The notes beneath the pieces were generated by a model that saw nothing but the letters and a program-made list of their open reading frames with translations, did not search any database and had not been told where the DNA came from. Shown one piece after another: positions 1 through 13,286 of a DNA stretch of 64,000 bases (within the stretch, counting starts at the first letter, position 1; every line of letters begins with the position of its first letter). The stretch comes from Euprymna scolopes (taxonomy: Eukaryota). The translations under genes were made by a program, and so were the position numbers. The stretch lies in NCBI GenBank assembly GCA_053919585.1, contig CM132824.1; one strand, 5' to 3'.

Positions 1-160
1 AACATTTCAAATTTTAGATATAGGTTCCTTGGACATGGATCTAACTTAATAACTTGATTTGAGCCACAAATAATAAACCTTAAGGGGTCATAATATGGGT
101 CAAAGTTAAAAAAAAATGGACCGGTTTTTTTTTATTTTCTCAACATACACCGCCAAACAT

Positions 161-188
161 CCGGGCAACACCGGGTATAAATGCTAGT
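161..188 (+). mobile_element. Helitron-type 3' terminus (GC hairpin + CTAG|T)
   Basis: CCGGGCAACACCGGG..ATGCTAGT; the same motif family recurs at 9272, 12070 and 56549. Confidence 0.65.
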
Positions 189-964
189 AATATATAAATC
201 TTTAATAAACTAATATACTTTTATAATGCTAAACATATTTCACACAGTGGAAAGGGCATTGTATTTTTTTTATTATTATTAAACCCGTAAAACAGGAGCA
301 TTTTATTTAGTTTTAACGAAAGCAAATCAAATATTACTTATTTTTAGTTAAATATATATATTCTTTAAATAAAAACGTTTACAAAATTATCAGATATTTT
401 ATTTCAATCCAATTTTACTTTTCACATGCCTGAGTACCCGGCATTCCCCGGGTATTTTTAGGTATGTGTTGAGCAAAAAGAAAAAAAAAACAGTACTAGG
501 CAGACGGGCTCGAACTTGTACTGCGGAGGAGGAATATAACGTTAACTTAAACGTGATGTCCTTGCTATTGCGCCCATTGCCAAACCGGAAGTTACGTAGT
601 TTTGAATTAAGGCTAGTCAATCGAAAAGAGGATATAACTTTCGAAAATGTCGGCAAAAAAAGGAGCCCACCCATGTAGAAAACTGTCCAGCTGGAGGTGA
701 AGGAATTAATGTTTTAAGTCAATATTTCGATAGTTTTCGTCCGAAGGGTCGGGCTTCAAAACGATATCGATCTATTAAAAATTTGTCCCCTCTGTCGAAA
801 GTTTTAGGCGTATATGCAAACATACATGGATATATTTAAACAGATAGGTGAGGTTTATATTATAGATGAAAACAGTTTTGTTACGTCAAGGTGACATTTT
901 CTACTTTGCATTCCTACAGGCGGATTAAAGTCCTCCATACTTCTGTATTACAATCTATTATTTC

Positions 965-965
<1 letters not shown>

Positions 966-1004
<39 letters not shown>

Positions 1005-1050
1005 TTAATAATGATAATACTAATAATACTACTACTACTAATAATAATTA
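966..1050. repeat. (AAT)n/(ACT)n microsatellite
   Basis: Seen directly; explains the poly-Ile ORFs. Confidence 0.95.
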
Positions 1051-1542
1051 TACTACACACAAAATATGAAGTAGACTTTGGCAAACACATGCGCACACAC
1101 ACGCACAAGCACACACACATACTCTAGGGTTATAATCAGGATTCGGTTCTGGAGTTCGGGAAGGAGTGAGTCACTCTCTCGACAACAGCACGTTTCTGCC
1201 CTCTTCTTTTCCAATCGACCACACCTGGCCTCTCGCCACCAATGTCACACCGCACAATCTGAACGTCAGCAATACAAAATTCTTTTCAAGAGAAGATGTT
1301 CACGACTCTTTTCTCTCTGCTGCCACAGGGAATTTTTCCCTGCTTTTATATCCTCCTATCTAGAAAAAAAAGGAAGAGACAGGAAAAAATAGCTTCTCCC
1401 ATCATGCTCTGCCTTTCCAAGATGTCCTTCGCGTATACAAATGCGCTGGCCATCCTTTCCTTCTTCTTTCCCAAAGAGCGATGCAGATACGCCCAGTACG
1501 TTTCTTTTTTTTTCTTCTTTTCTAACCATACACCCCATACAC

Positions 1543-1544
<2 letters not shown>

Positions 1545-1590
<46 letters not shown>
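1545..1590. repeat. (TA)n microsatellite
   Basis: Seen directly. Confidence 0.97.
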
Positions 1591-1593
<3 letters not shown>

Positions 1594-2072
1594 CATCAGT
1601 GAACCCCGTATACAACCTGTTTTCCTCCTCCCACCACACCACGCCGGCCAATATTGACTTTGCAACCTGTTGTCATGGTTATCTGTTAAATTAACTGCTA
1701 ACTGCTACTGTAACTTAAGCCGTTATGATCTACAACAGCGTCGATAAACATAAACACATAATTAATATTTAATAATACCCCCTCATTATATACACGCTTA
1801 CTACTTTAAACTCCAACGTCCTCTCCCTTCAACTCCCCCTTCTTGTCTTACTCCCCTTCATCTGCTACGATGTTTTCCATTCTTATTTGGTATCATAACT
1901 CAATCCATCTATGAATTCTTACGAAGCTGGTCGGATATTTTCTCATCTTCAGAGGATAACCTCCTAGCTGAAGCAGTATGTGAATTCATTCTGGACTCAC
2001 AGCAAAAAATTTCCTATATACTGCTCTGGCTACACATTGAGCACTCTCGTCCGTTTTTTTTCACCACTGAAG

Positions 2073-2074
<2 letters not shown>

Positions 2075-2128
<54 letters not shown>
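2075..2128. repeat. (TA)n microsatellite
   Basis: Seen directly. Confidence 0.97.
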
Positions 2129-2131
<3 letters not shown>

Positions 2132-2752
2132 TCCGTATTCTGTCTTTTTCAATCGTTGTCCTCCTCGAACTTTCTCTACACATATTCTCTTTTTGTCTGC
2201 TGGTTTTCTCGTTCAGTGGATTTGTGTCTATGCCTCTCTCGCTTTTTTTTATTTGATTAGGAGACAAACATAGAGAAGTTGATTGTATTCAGAGGCCGGA
2301 TAGATTACAGAACAATTCACGTACAAAACTTAAGAATTTAATAGCGTAAAACTGGATCACTCTACGCTTGGTTTACATGAAAAAATGTGGCGACCATGTT
2401 GAATGTAACGAAAACTATCCTTTATGCAAAATATAGAAAAAAGATGCATCTCTTAAGGCAACGAACTCGTCGTTAGAATCAGACGTGAATATAAACTAAA
2501 TCCCCGCCTTTAAAGTAACTTTCAGAAAAACGCCAATTACGATTGATTTTTACCGCATACTTTTTCTTAACGCTACTGGTCCTTGCAGAAAAATTGCGTA
2601 TAGGTATTGATAGCTATAAATTATTATTATTTTATCTTTTAGCTTTATATTTCTGTATTTTATAGTAGAAATAAAAAAAAGAAATATCCTCGCTCCTGTT
2701 CGGTATTCTTCTGCCAATACTATTCGTTTTTCGAGTCGAGTTCTATCTACTG

Positions 2753-2980
2753 ACGGCTCGCATGGAAGCAAAGAGTTAAAGAGAATTGATACGCATATAT
2801 AATTAAAATAAATTAAATAAATTAATTTAAAACAGAGAAGGTATAAACAGTTGGTAAAAGCTCGAAAACAAATAAATAAATAAAAAATAAAAAATAATAG
2901 AAAACGGCTCGCATGGAAGCAAGGAGTTAAAGACAATATATGCGCATATAGTTAAAATACATTAAATAAATAAATTTAAA
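2753..2980. repeat. Local direct duplication of about 75 bp, offset 151 bp
   Basis: ACGGCTCGCATGGAAGCAA(A/G)GAGTTAAAGA...ATTAAATAAAT at 2753 and 2904. Confidence 0.85.
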
Positions 2981-3035
2981 AAAAAGGCAGTTGTTATAAC
3001 AATAAACTTAAACAAGAAAAAATGCAGGTAATATA

Positions 3036-5985
3036 AATCGATTCTCTTTTCTGGATATGTTGATAACCCGCAGCGAATAATTTTTATGGCATTTGTATAC
3101 AGAAAGCCAACATTTACTGAACATTACATAAATTAACACACCCACAATACATATAATGTAAAGAAACTTAATCGTCTCTCCCTCCCCTAACCGAACAAAG
3201 CAACATGTAGTAATCGCAATGAATATAAAGAATACATGCAAAGTAAAAGAAAATTCATCGAAAAAAAAGTAAGCATGGCACCAGCTTCAAGAAATCTGAA
3301 TCAAACAACAAAGAGCAATAGACAATAACAACAAAAGAGCTATACACAATAACAACAAAAGAGCAATACACAATAACAACAAAGAGCAATACACAATAAC
3401 AACAAAAGAGCAATACACAATAACAACAAAAGAGCAATACACAATAACAACAAAGAGCAATACACAATAACAACAAAAGAGCAATACACAATAACAACAA
3501 AAGAGCAATACACAATAACAACAAAGAGCAATACACAATAACAACAAAGAGCAATACACAATAACAACAAAAGAGCAATACACAATAACAACAAAAGAGC
3601 AATACACAATAACAACAAAAGAGCAATACACAATAACAACAAAGAGCAATAAACAATAACAACAAAAGAGCAATACACAATAACAACAAAAGAGCAATAC
3701 ACGATAACAACAAAAGAGCAATACACAATAACAACAAAAGAGCAATACACAATAACAACAAAAGAGCAATACACAATAACAACAAAAGGGCAATACACAA
3801 TAACAACAAAAGAGCAATACACAATAACAACAAAAGAGCAATACACAATAACAGCAAAGAGTAATACACAATAACAACAAAAGAGCAATAAACAATAACA
3901 ACAAAGAGCAATAAACAATAACAACAAAAGAGCAATACACGATAACAACAAAGAGCAATACACAATAACAACAAAAGAGCAATACACAATAACAACAAAA
4001 GAGCAATACACAATAACAACAAAAGAGCAATACACAATAACAACAAAAGAGCAATACACAATAACAACAAAAGAGCAATACACAATAACAACAAAAGAGC
4101 AATACACAATAACAACAAAGAGCAATACACAATAACAACAAAGAGCAATACACAATAACAACAAAAGAGCAATACACAATAACAACAAAAGAGCAATACA
4201 CAATAACAACAAAGAGCAATACACAATAACAACAAAGGGCAATACACAATAACAACAAAGAGCAATACACAATAACAACAAAAGAGCAATACACAATAAC
4301 AACAAAAGAGCAATACACAATAACAAAAAGAGCAATACACAATAACAACAAAAGAGCAATACACAATAACAACAAAGGGCAATACACAATAACAACAAAG
4401 GGCAATACACAATAACAACAAAGAGCAATACACAATAACAACAAAAGAGCAATACACAATAACAACAAAAGAGCAATACACAATAACAACAAAAGAGCAA
4501 TACACAATAACAACAAAAGAGCAATACACAATAACAACAAAGGGCAATACACAATAACAACAAAGAGCAATACACAATAACAACAAAGAGCAATTCACAA
4601 TAACAACAAAGGGCAATACACAATAACAACAAAGAGCAATACACAATAACAACAAAAGAGCAATACACAATAACAACAAAGAGCAATACACAATAACAAC
4701 AAAGAGCAATACACAATAACAACAAAAGAGCAATACACAATAACAACAAAGAGCAATACACAATAACAACAAAAGAGCAATACACAATAACAACAAAAGA
4801 GTAATACACAATAACAACAAAGAGCAATACACAATAACAACAAAAGAGCAATACACAATAACAACAAAGAGCAATACACAATAACAACAAAAGAGCAATA
4901 CACAATAACAACAAAAGAGCAATACACAATAACAACAAAGAGCAATACACAATAACAACAAAGAGCAATACACAATAACAACAAAGAGCAATACACAATA
5001 ACAACAAAGATCAATACACAATAACAACAAAGAGCAATACACAATAACAACAAAGGGCAATACACAAGACCAACAAAGAGCAATACACAATAACAACAAA
5101 GGGCAATACACAATAACAACAAAGAGCAATACACAATAACAACAAAAGAGCAATACACAATAACAACAAAGAGCAATACACAATAACAACAAAGAGCAAT
5201 ACACAATAACAACAAAAGAGCAATACACAATAACAACAAAAGAGCAATACACAATAACAACAAAGAGCAATACACAATAACAACAAAGAGTAATACACAA
5301 TAACAACAAAAGAGCAATACACAATAACAACAAAAGTGCAATACACAAAAACAACAAAGAGCAATACACAATAGCAACAAAGAGCAATACACAATAACAA
5401 CAAAGAGCAATACACAATAACAACAAAGGGCAATACACAATAACAACAAAGAGCAATACACAATAACAACAAAGAGCAATACACAATAACAACAACAGAG
5501 CAATACACAATAACAACAAAGAGCAATACACAATAACAACAAAAGAGCAATACACAATAACAACAAAAGAGCAATACAAATAACAACAAAAGAGCAATAC
5601 ACAATAACAACAAAGAGCAATACACAAAAACAACAAAAAAGCAATACACAATAACAACAAAAGAGCAATACACAATAACAACAAAAGAGCAATACACAAT
5701 AACAACAAAGGACAATACACAAAAACAACAAAGAGCAATACACAATAACAACAAAAGAGCAATACACAATAACAAGAAAGAGCAATACACAATAACAACA
5801 AAATAACAATAACAACAAAGAGCAATACACAATAACAACAAAGGGCAATACACAGTAACAACAAAGAGCAATACACAATAACAACAAAAGAGCAATACCG
5901 TACAGGAAGGACTTGTTGGAAGAAAACTTCAAAGCATATTTAATCCATACGACATCAGATCAATATTCTGGAGTGATTCGGAACA
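3036..5985 (+). mobile_element. Decayed Penelope-like element RT C-terminal fragment, interrupted by the minisatellite
   Basis: Manual plus-strand translation gives NRFSFLDMLITRSE (3036), VYRKPTFTEHYIN*HTH..YNVKK (~3095) and KATCSNRNEYKEYM..ASRNLNQTTKSN (3191-3320); after the array, IPY../EGL..KLQSIFNPYDIRSIF. These match Penelope motifs FLD(V)LI, VYRKPT and LPY..GL..K; stops and frameshifts are present. Confidence 0.75.
3305..5897. repeat. 23/24-bp minisatellite (GAGCAATACACAATAACAACAAA[A]), about 110 copies
   Basis: Seen directly; two length variants differ in the A-run; source of the Cys/Leu-rich ORFs. Confidence 0.98.
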
Positions 5986-6225
5986 CAAAATATTTCCATA
6001 TTATTTGTATCTATTATCTTTCTAGTTGCATAAATTAATATCACTTACGCGGTGTATAGCCTGGCTATATCACATTGCCTTTATAACATTTTTATTTCAT
6101 GATATCTATAGAATTATCAAGTAATACATAAATAAAATGTTATTAAAAAGTTCTTGTAAAATCATATAGAAAACATTAAATTGTGAATACACAATTAATA
6201 GCATAATTAAATTCTTCCTTGATGG

Positions 6226-6555
6226 TTTTTTTTTTATTTAACTTCAGTAAGTTTTTAGAGATCGAGGGAGCTAACTCCTCCTGGAGCTAACACTGGATTC
6301 TGTTATGATTTAAATTTATATCCGAGGACTCTTTTAAGAATAGATACTGTTCCCTTTATGGCTGCTATCTGTATTTCGTTACAGCTTGGTCTTCCAGGGA
6401 TGGCTTCTAAGTATTTATGAAGTTTCTTTTTTATTAATCCAGTTGCTCCTATCACAACCTATATGTTTATTTCTTTTAGAGACCATGTGGTTTTTAGATC
6501 ATTTTTTAGGTCCTGATATTTTGTTATCTTTTCCCGTTCAGCTCTGTTAAGGCCG
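6226..6555 (-). mobile_element. 3' end of an RLE-type (R4/NeSL/R2 group) non-LTR retrotransposon, 5'-truncated, with poly-A tail
   Basis: Minus translation GLNRAEREKITKYQDLKNDLKTTWSLKEINI*VVIGATGLIKK...AAIKGTVSILKRVLG*, matching the K..KY and V+GA.G motifs of restriction-like endonucleases; short 3' UTR, then a T-run at 6226-6236. Confidence 0.75.
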
Positions 6556-7199
6556 ATTGATATGCGTATAGTACGTTGTTTCCTTGTATATCCCGACGTA
6601 GAGATGTATTAGAAATATGTAAAGATCTTTCCCTGCAGAGTTGCATGTTAATTAATACGTTTTACAGTAATCATAAAAGATATATGTTAAGAAAATGCAT
6701 CTTGCACGTATTAAATGATGTATTTTTTCATGAATAATTTGCGGCGAATTAAAGGTATGCATGCGTGAGATAATCTATTGTCTTTGTTTTATTCTTGTAT
6801 TAATGCTTGGCATTAGCGACGTTGACCTAAAGTAGGAAACGATTTGTAGAAAACACTATTTGGTATGCAAAGAACATTTATTTAAATTTAAAACTATGTA
6901 AAAAGCAATCTCATTATAACAAGCTACGAGTGCAGTAAAAAACGTCAGCCCTCCTACTTTCTTACACATTGAGTTAAAAAGCTACAAAGATGTAAGTAGT
7001 ACAATAGAAGCGAGCAACATTCTGTGTTCCAGAATTTTTTTTTTCTACATAGTACAACACAATTTTTAATGCGCATTCCCCAAGAATTCAATAACGCACT
7101 TCTGCTTGTGACGCACATCTATGCCAGGAGTTGCTTAAGTGCCTTGCAGCGTCGATATCTGCAAGAAGGGAGAATAATATGAAGGCCAGTGTCTAAGTG

Positions 7200-8150
7200 G
7201 GGATGAAAAAAGAAAATTTTGTGCGTGAGGGATGGGGCGTTAGTGATTGATTTCTTTCTCTTCAAGATGGATGAGATTTAGAGTGAGGGGTGAAAAGAAA
7301 AACTGCATATAGGAGGGAGTGGGTATCTTGGAGGCTTCCTAGCTGGGAAGAGATGAATCATTTACTCGGCTACCTAAGAGGCTGAAAATTGATTATGCTT
7401 GACGGAACTCCGCGTTCCACACCTAGGCGGGCAACACGTATACAAATCTGTTTCCTTTTCATACACACAGACTTGCTACATGTATCCATCTTCTTTCAAA
7501 AGCCATGCGATGCAGCCTTCTTCTGTCGCATCTGATCTTTACGCGTAGTTGGTGTTTGAAGAAATCGATCAGATCTCGACGTCCAAATCACCATTCTTGG
7601 TACGGCCAGGATTGCGATGTAGACCATTTGCCTTTCCCTGTCCCACGGCGGCCTCACGTTGCCAACGACATTTTATACGGTAATCCGGCTAGGATGCTCG
7701 GGATCGATGCAAGACGTCACCTCGCTGACACACGAGCAGTACTGGAGTTCGCGACAATCGAAGAAAGCGTGAGAAGTCGTTTCTACGGCCGTTGTTCCGC
7801 AACGGAGACAAACAGGCGACTCCAAAAAAGCAATATTTGGCGCAAGGCCGAAAAGTGCAGATATAAGCAGGCGACCCTTAAGGAGGGGCACTCCTGCCAT
7901 TAAAAATGCCTGAGTAACCCAGTTGTCATTCCCCGATCGGGGCGCTCAGGCAACAAGCAATAAACTTGCCCCACCGGAAAGCCCAGTGGCAAGGCCTGGG
8001 AGGAAGGACCCCCTGAGTATTATTCAGGCGGTGTACCTCACTCTGACATGTGCTGGGCCGGTTCCGGGCCTCTCACCTGTCGGCCTGAGTGTCCACAACG
8101 GATCATTGACGAATGCTTCTACCCTGTCTCCCTGCAGCCGAAGCCGCTAG
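7200..8150 (-). mobile_element. Tx1/L1-group LINE ORF2 3' fragment (zf-RVT region), degenerate
   Basis: CLRCG..ETTSHAFFDC zinc knuckle in ORF 7673-7900; downstream FKHQLRVKIRCDRRRL..FERRWIHVASL; GC-richer than the flanks; frameshifted. Confidence 0.75.
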
Positions 8151-9247
8151 GAGATACATCCCCCATCACGAGTGATGGAGTGTATAATGGGGTATGATCT
8201 CGCACAGTCGGGAGATTCTATTTCTAAACGATACTGCTAGGAACTGACGAATCGAATTAATGCATGTTCTGCTACCAACCAATCAGGTACCAGAATTTCT
8301 CCATGAATATTAAACCTTTCTGTAGCAATTTCTCATATGTTTTCTCCGTGTCAACACGGGAAATATCTTTTGCTCTGTGGATTCCAACTCGAGAACTGTC
8401 TACTGCAATCCAATCGCCTTCCGGGATTTGTGTAGAACAGCGAAGTATCGGACACTGTTCTAACTAAACAAACTAAACATGGCTTACAATACTAGAATCT
8501 TTTTTTCTTTTAATTTAAAAAGAATGCAACTCATATATATATAAAAGTTGCATCATGTATCGTGGAATTGCATTCATCTGTAAAATAACTAGCTAATTTT
8601 CATATTCTTTTAAACATTCATTTTAATTAATTCTCTATTAGTTTTTTCGGTGTTGTCATTGGATGATAATCATTAGTTTACTATTCTATTACGTGTAATT
8701 ATATTGATGCAGATATTCTACATGATATATACTTGCGTACTATTTGCGTAAAAGTTCATCGTAAACGCAAAACTCTTTCCATAATCATTTGCGTATACGT
8801 ATATATTGTTTATTTTAAAACAATTACCTACCAAACTTCTCCTAGTGTTTAGGGTCTACAGACATGAAACTTCATATATAAGTATCTGAACGCATGTGAA
8901 ATTTTATATTTGGGTTTTATCACGCGAAAATCTGTACAAAAGTGTAAAACATAAATTAAAAACATAAAGTTTTCCAGGTGAAGGTCGAACGCCGGCATTA
9001 CGAATATGCATGCATAACGTAGCTATTCGTTCATGTTTTAATTTTTAGTGCTGCAGCAAACATGTCTTCATAGTTTAGTCATTAACAGCGTAGGTAAAAA
9101 TAAATCGTGAGTTAAACGTTTTGGTTTCGATTATTGGGAGTGTCGCACGAGTCATTCTTGTTGTTTGTTTTGTACTTTCTAATCATTACTATATATTGGG
9201 TCCAATTCAATATAATAATAAATACGAAATTAATCATTAATCAAAGT

Positions 9248-9298
9248 ATCATATTCAAGCATATTTTAATACCGGGCAACGCCTGATGTCCTGCTAGT
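9248..9298 (+). mobile_element. Helitron-type 3' terminus
   Basis: ATCATATTCAAGCATA..CCGGGCAACGCC..GCTAGT; shares upstream sequence with copies at 9775, 12047 and 56526. Confidence 0.6.
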
Positions 9299-10023
9299 AA
9301 TACAAACGAAATCTGAACAAATACAAAATACCATACATAAGCGTAATTTACGTCCGTCAAAGCCGGGAGTCCATTCAGTTAGTAATTATATATTCTAATT
9401 TAAAAAAAAATGAATCTTTCTATCTTTCTGTCTCCCTATCTCCAAACTCCATCTTTTCCGAAATTAAAGTCGCAGGGGCCTCAAGCGATTGTACGTTTTA
9501 TGGACCGTTCTTTTACGGGTCTTTAGCCGGTAACATTGTTTTTAATAGGTCAAAAATAGGTAAAAGTTGTACAAACGTTATGCTTTTGTACATTCAAATT
9601 TAGTTTTTATCAGTTCATCTGCTTGTGACGTTGGTACAGTGGTAACGTCACCAGCTTTAACTTCTACAGTTTTTGTTCAGGTCGTTTCTAGCTGATGGCA
9701 AGCAAATACTTTAGTTTTTATTTTTGTACCCACGACTCTATAATAATATATACGGAATCTGGACAAATTAAAATATCATATTTAAGCGTATTTTACGACT
9801 GGAAAAAGCCGGGCCCAATCCCCGTTAGTATATTAGACATATATTCTTTTACACATTTTCCAATTGTTATTTTATTACGCCTCATATTAGACGTAATACT
9901 TTAATCTGTTTCTTTTAACATTTTTCCCCTCTTTATATATCTTTATATTTTCTAATTTCATTTCTAAGCAAATGTATTTATGCCAGTTTTATTTTTGTAT
10001 TTGTATATGCCTGGCTTTTCTCG

Positions 10024-10067
10024 TCTTCTGATGCGTCGCATTTGGCGCCGAAATGATATGGTCAAGA
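10024..10067 (+). ncRNA. Degenerate minimal type I hammerhead ribozyme (Penelope-type), probably inactive
   Basis: Stem I TCTT/AAGA; core CTGATG(C instead of A); stem II GTCGC/GCGCC (1 mismatch); GAAA; near-palindromic TGATATGG; GTC cleavage triplet. Confidence 0.5.
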
Positions 10068-11530
10068 AATGGTTATTTTTTTTCTTTTTTCTTCTTTGTT
10101 TTATTGATTTGATGATATAATAGATGGTTATTAAACTTTTATATTTTATCTTGTATTCATTATAAAAATTGCTCCTCTTTAATGCGCAGCGCTTTTACTC
10201 TATTGGTGGCTTTACTTTTTTAATGATTATATTTTATGAAGCGTATTTTATATTTTACGTTCACGTTTATTCATTATTTTATTTATCTAACTGAAATTTT
10301 ATTAATATTTTTTTAGGATTTACTTAGACGGTGATCAATAAATGGATAGAGCTAAGCAGCACGTTACGAAAATACAGATTTCAATTACGTTACACAGATA
10401 ATTCTACATTAAATATTCCTAGGAATGCGGCACGCTATTACAAAAAACCAGGCTGCAGTATATTTATTTGTGTTCACATCAATATTAAGAAATAACGGTA
10501 ACAATTCTACGCATCAACCTGACGTATCCCCACCATGATCAAACGTAAAAAAAAATTCTCTGTAGCATAATTTGCGTATATATTTTCATAACTTACATCC
10601 TGGCGTGAACTTCTATCTCTATCTCTATCTATATTAATTATAAAACTCAAATGACATTGAAACGAGTGATGTAACCCACTTTCCGGTTTACGGCATCTGG
10701 TTGCGTATGCGCGCATAAACATTAACCAATAACAACGTAAACAAATAAACACAAATAGCTTGTTTTGCAGATTTTTATCTGCCCACTTAAATATTAACAT
10801 TATTCTTTTCGAAATAATTATTTAAGATGGGGCGAGTGGGGGTGTTTGCAACTATTCTTTATTACAAATATAGGGTCGCTATTTTCTTACAACTAAACAA
10901 CTTTAACCAGTTGACAAACATAAGAACAATTGTAGTAAAGCCAAGGTAACTACTACTACTACTACCTTTCCGCCCCTTTTCTTTCCTTCATTCCTTCCTT
11001 CTTTTTTTATTTTAGTTTACATTTCTAGACACAAAATAGTTGTGTGAGAACGGTGAATTTATTGACACATTTACTAATTCGTTTCAATATTAGTTTTATT
11101 TTATTTTATTTATTTAGGTTTTATTTTTTTGCTTCAGGTTTTATTAATTATTTTTTTTTTTTTTAGATTTTAAGTTTCTATAACTTGGTTAAAGGATTCC
11201 AATATGGGTTTTTCATTCTTATATTTCTCATCGGTAGGTTCATGTGCGTTTTTGCTGCTAAAGGAATTTTGTCGGCGTTCGATTCGTAGGAAAACCATGT
11301 TTAATTTTCGAGCTTTGAGCGATTATTCGGAAAAATAGGTAACTTTACACGAAAAGGGTGTTTTTTTTAATGTGCAATGATCCGTCCGTTATTTTTTATT
11401 TTGATATACTTTCATAGAAACGTTTCTGTTATGCAAAAAAAAAATTCTTTACGTCACAAGTGTCACGCTCATACATGAATTCCATAGCTAATATAACATA
11501 CTGATCCATCGGGTCACGGGTAGTCTAGTA

Positions 11531-12096
11531 TCATTTAAAAATCACGTTATGTGTATGTGTTCCTTCCACATATGTTCCGAAACGACTGAGCTAATTTTTT
11601 TTTTATAAATTGCACCAAAAGGTAATTTATATATCTCGCAGTGTTCTTCGATATATTTTTTAGCGAAATTCATTACGATAAAATCATTTCTTCTGAAAAA
11701 AATAAACACGATTTTCATGTTGAGATATAGCTCAGTGATAGACTCTTCAATTACAGATATAATGGTCGTTTGTTTAAGCCCAGGTGTACCTCACTATTTT
11801 TTTTTTCGTATTAATGAGTTCAGTTTACGATAAAATAAGAGATACCATTTAAAATCGCTGCAAATCATTTCTTCGTTTACATGTTTTAATCTAAAAATTA
11901 ATCAGAAATGAAGTGATAATGTAAACAAACACATACAGCAACGTTATCATTATATTTTTATATTTTGGGAAGTAGTCCTATGGGCAAATTATTCATCATA
12001 CTATATAACATTCAATAATACATACGATATCGGCAAAATCTGAAGATCATATTTAAGCATATGCTATGACCGGGCAATGCCGGGCGTCCAGCTAGT
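11531..12096 (+). mobile_element. Non-autonomous Helitron-like element with an internal tRNA-like segment
   Basis: Ends CCGGGCAATGCCGGGCGTCCAGCTAGT; begins just after another CTAGT end (11525); TAGCTCAGTGATAGA..GTTTAAGCCC box A/B-like segment at ~11725-11785. Confidence 0.5.
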
Positions 12097-12859
12097 GAGT
12101 CTATAAATATGGATAAGCAAATATATTAAATTATCAGACAAACACAGATAAATATTAAGCATTATTTCGTGTGTTTTTTTTAATAGACATTCTTCCATGA
12201 GATCAGAAATCTTCATTACGATTAAGCCATTTATGTACTTTGACAATGTTATGCAATTCACTAAGATGTTCATTAATATATTTAATTATAAATTTTATGG
12301 AGTAGAACATGTGTACGTTTTAAAATACGCATTGGACAACCCGTAATAAAAAAAAAATTATATGGCATTCCGCCGGAGTTTAAAACTCAGGCTAGCACTA
12401 CAAGTAATAATTTAGAGGGATTTAAATTCATATGCCGTTCCGAGTCATCGTGTACATTCAGGCTAGGAAGAAAGACATGCAGCGTCTCGTATTTTCAAAT
12501 GGACACTGTCTTTCTAATCTAACGGGGACAGGCGTGTCAACGTGATTTTTCCGTATGCGTGTACGCATAAACGTTTTTTTTTTTTTTTTGCAAACGAATG
12601 TTAATGCTTTCTGTAGCGCACCAAATAAATATACACAAGAAACGAAAGGAAGTTGCGTCAAACTTCACAGACGTAGGCATTGGATAGGGGATATTAAATT
12701 GATAAATGGTCTCAATCCGCATGTATATGTCGATCAACAAAGGGGAAAACGCTCGGCTTTAAAGTTATTGTTGCGTGATATCATCGTTTTAGTATTCCCT
12801 ATGGTAAAATATCTGGTTCGAAGCAGAATATCACTAGAAAGGACGTAAATTCTGCGGAA

Positions 12860-13042
12860 NNNNNNNNNNNNNNNNNNNNNNNNNNNNNNNNNNNNNNNNN
12901 NNNNNNNNNNNNNNNNNNNNNNNNNNNNNNNNNNNNNNNNNNNNNNNNNNNNNNNNNNNNNNNNNNNNNNNNNNNNNNNNNNNNNNNNNNNNNNNNNNNN
13001 NNNNNNNNNNNNNNNNNNNNNNNNNNNNNNNNNNNNNNNNNN
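12860..13042. other. N-run, 183 bp (gap or masking)
   Basis: Seen directly. Confidence 0.99.
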
Positions 13043-13286
13043 TGTTAGATCACCGTAGTTAAACAAAAGTGAGCTTTGTTAGGACTAAAAATGCGTAAAA
13101 ATTTACGAATTCCAGGTGATCTGCGTACTTGTATCCAATAGTTCAGGACGTCTTCTCGCTTCTGGCTTACAGCTGTGTCAGTTCTGGAACGGTGGGGTTA
13201 GAGATTGCGCACCTCTTTCCTCACAATAAAACGCTCAGGCACCTTTACTGGTGGTATCAATTGTCTTTCATGTGTAAACAGAGGCA

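Noticed and set aside
1300-1960. GIY-YIG remnant and a second hammerhead (minus-strand CTGAAGA near 1950)
   Set aside because: Too decayed, and the GAAA core is absent
891-2273. Short ORFs with poly-I or YI runs (also at 13129, 17377, 55880, 59633)
   Set aside because: Microsatellite artefacts
3255-5932. Long Cys/Leu/Val-rich ORFs (up to 873 aa)
   Set aside because: They are translations of the minisatellite in all three minus frames and have no unique coding sequence
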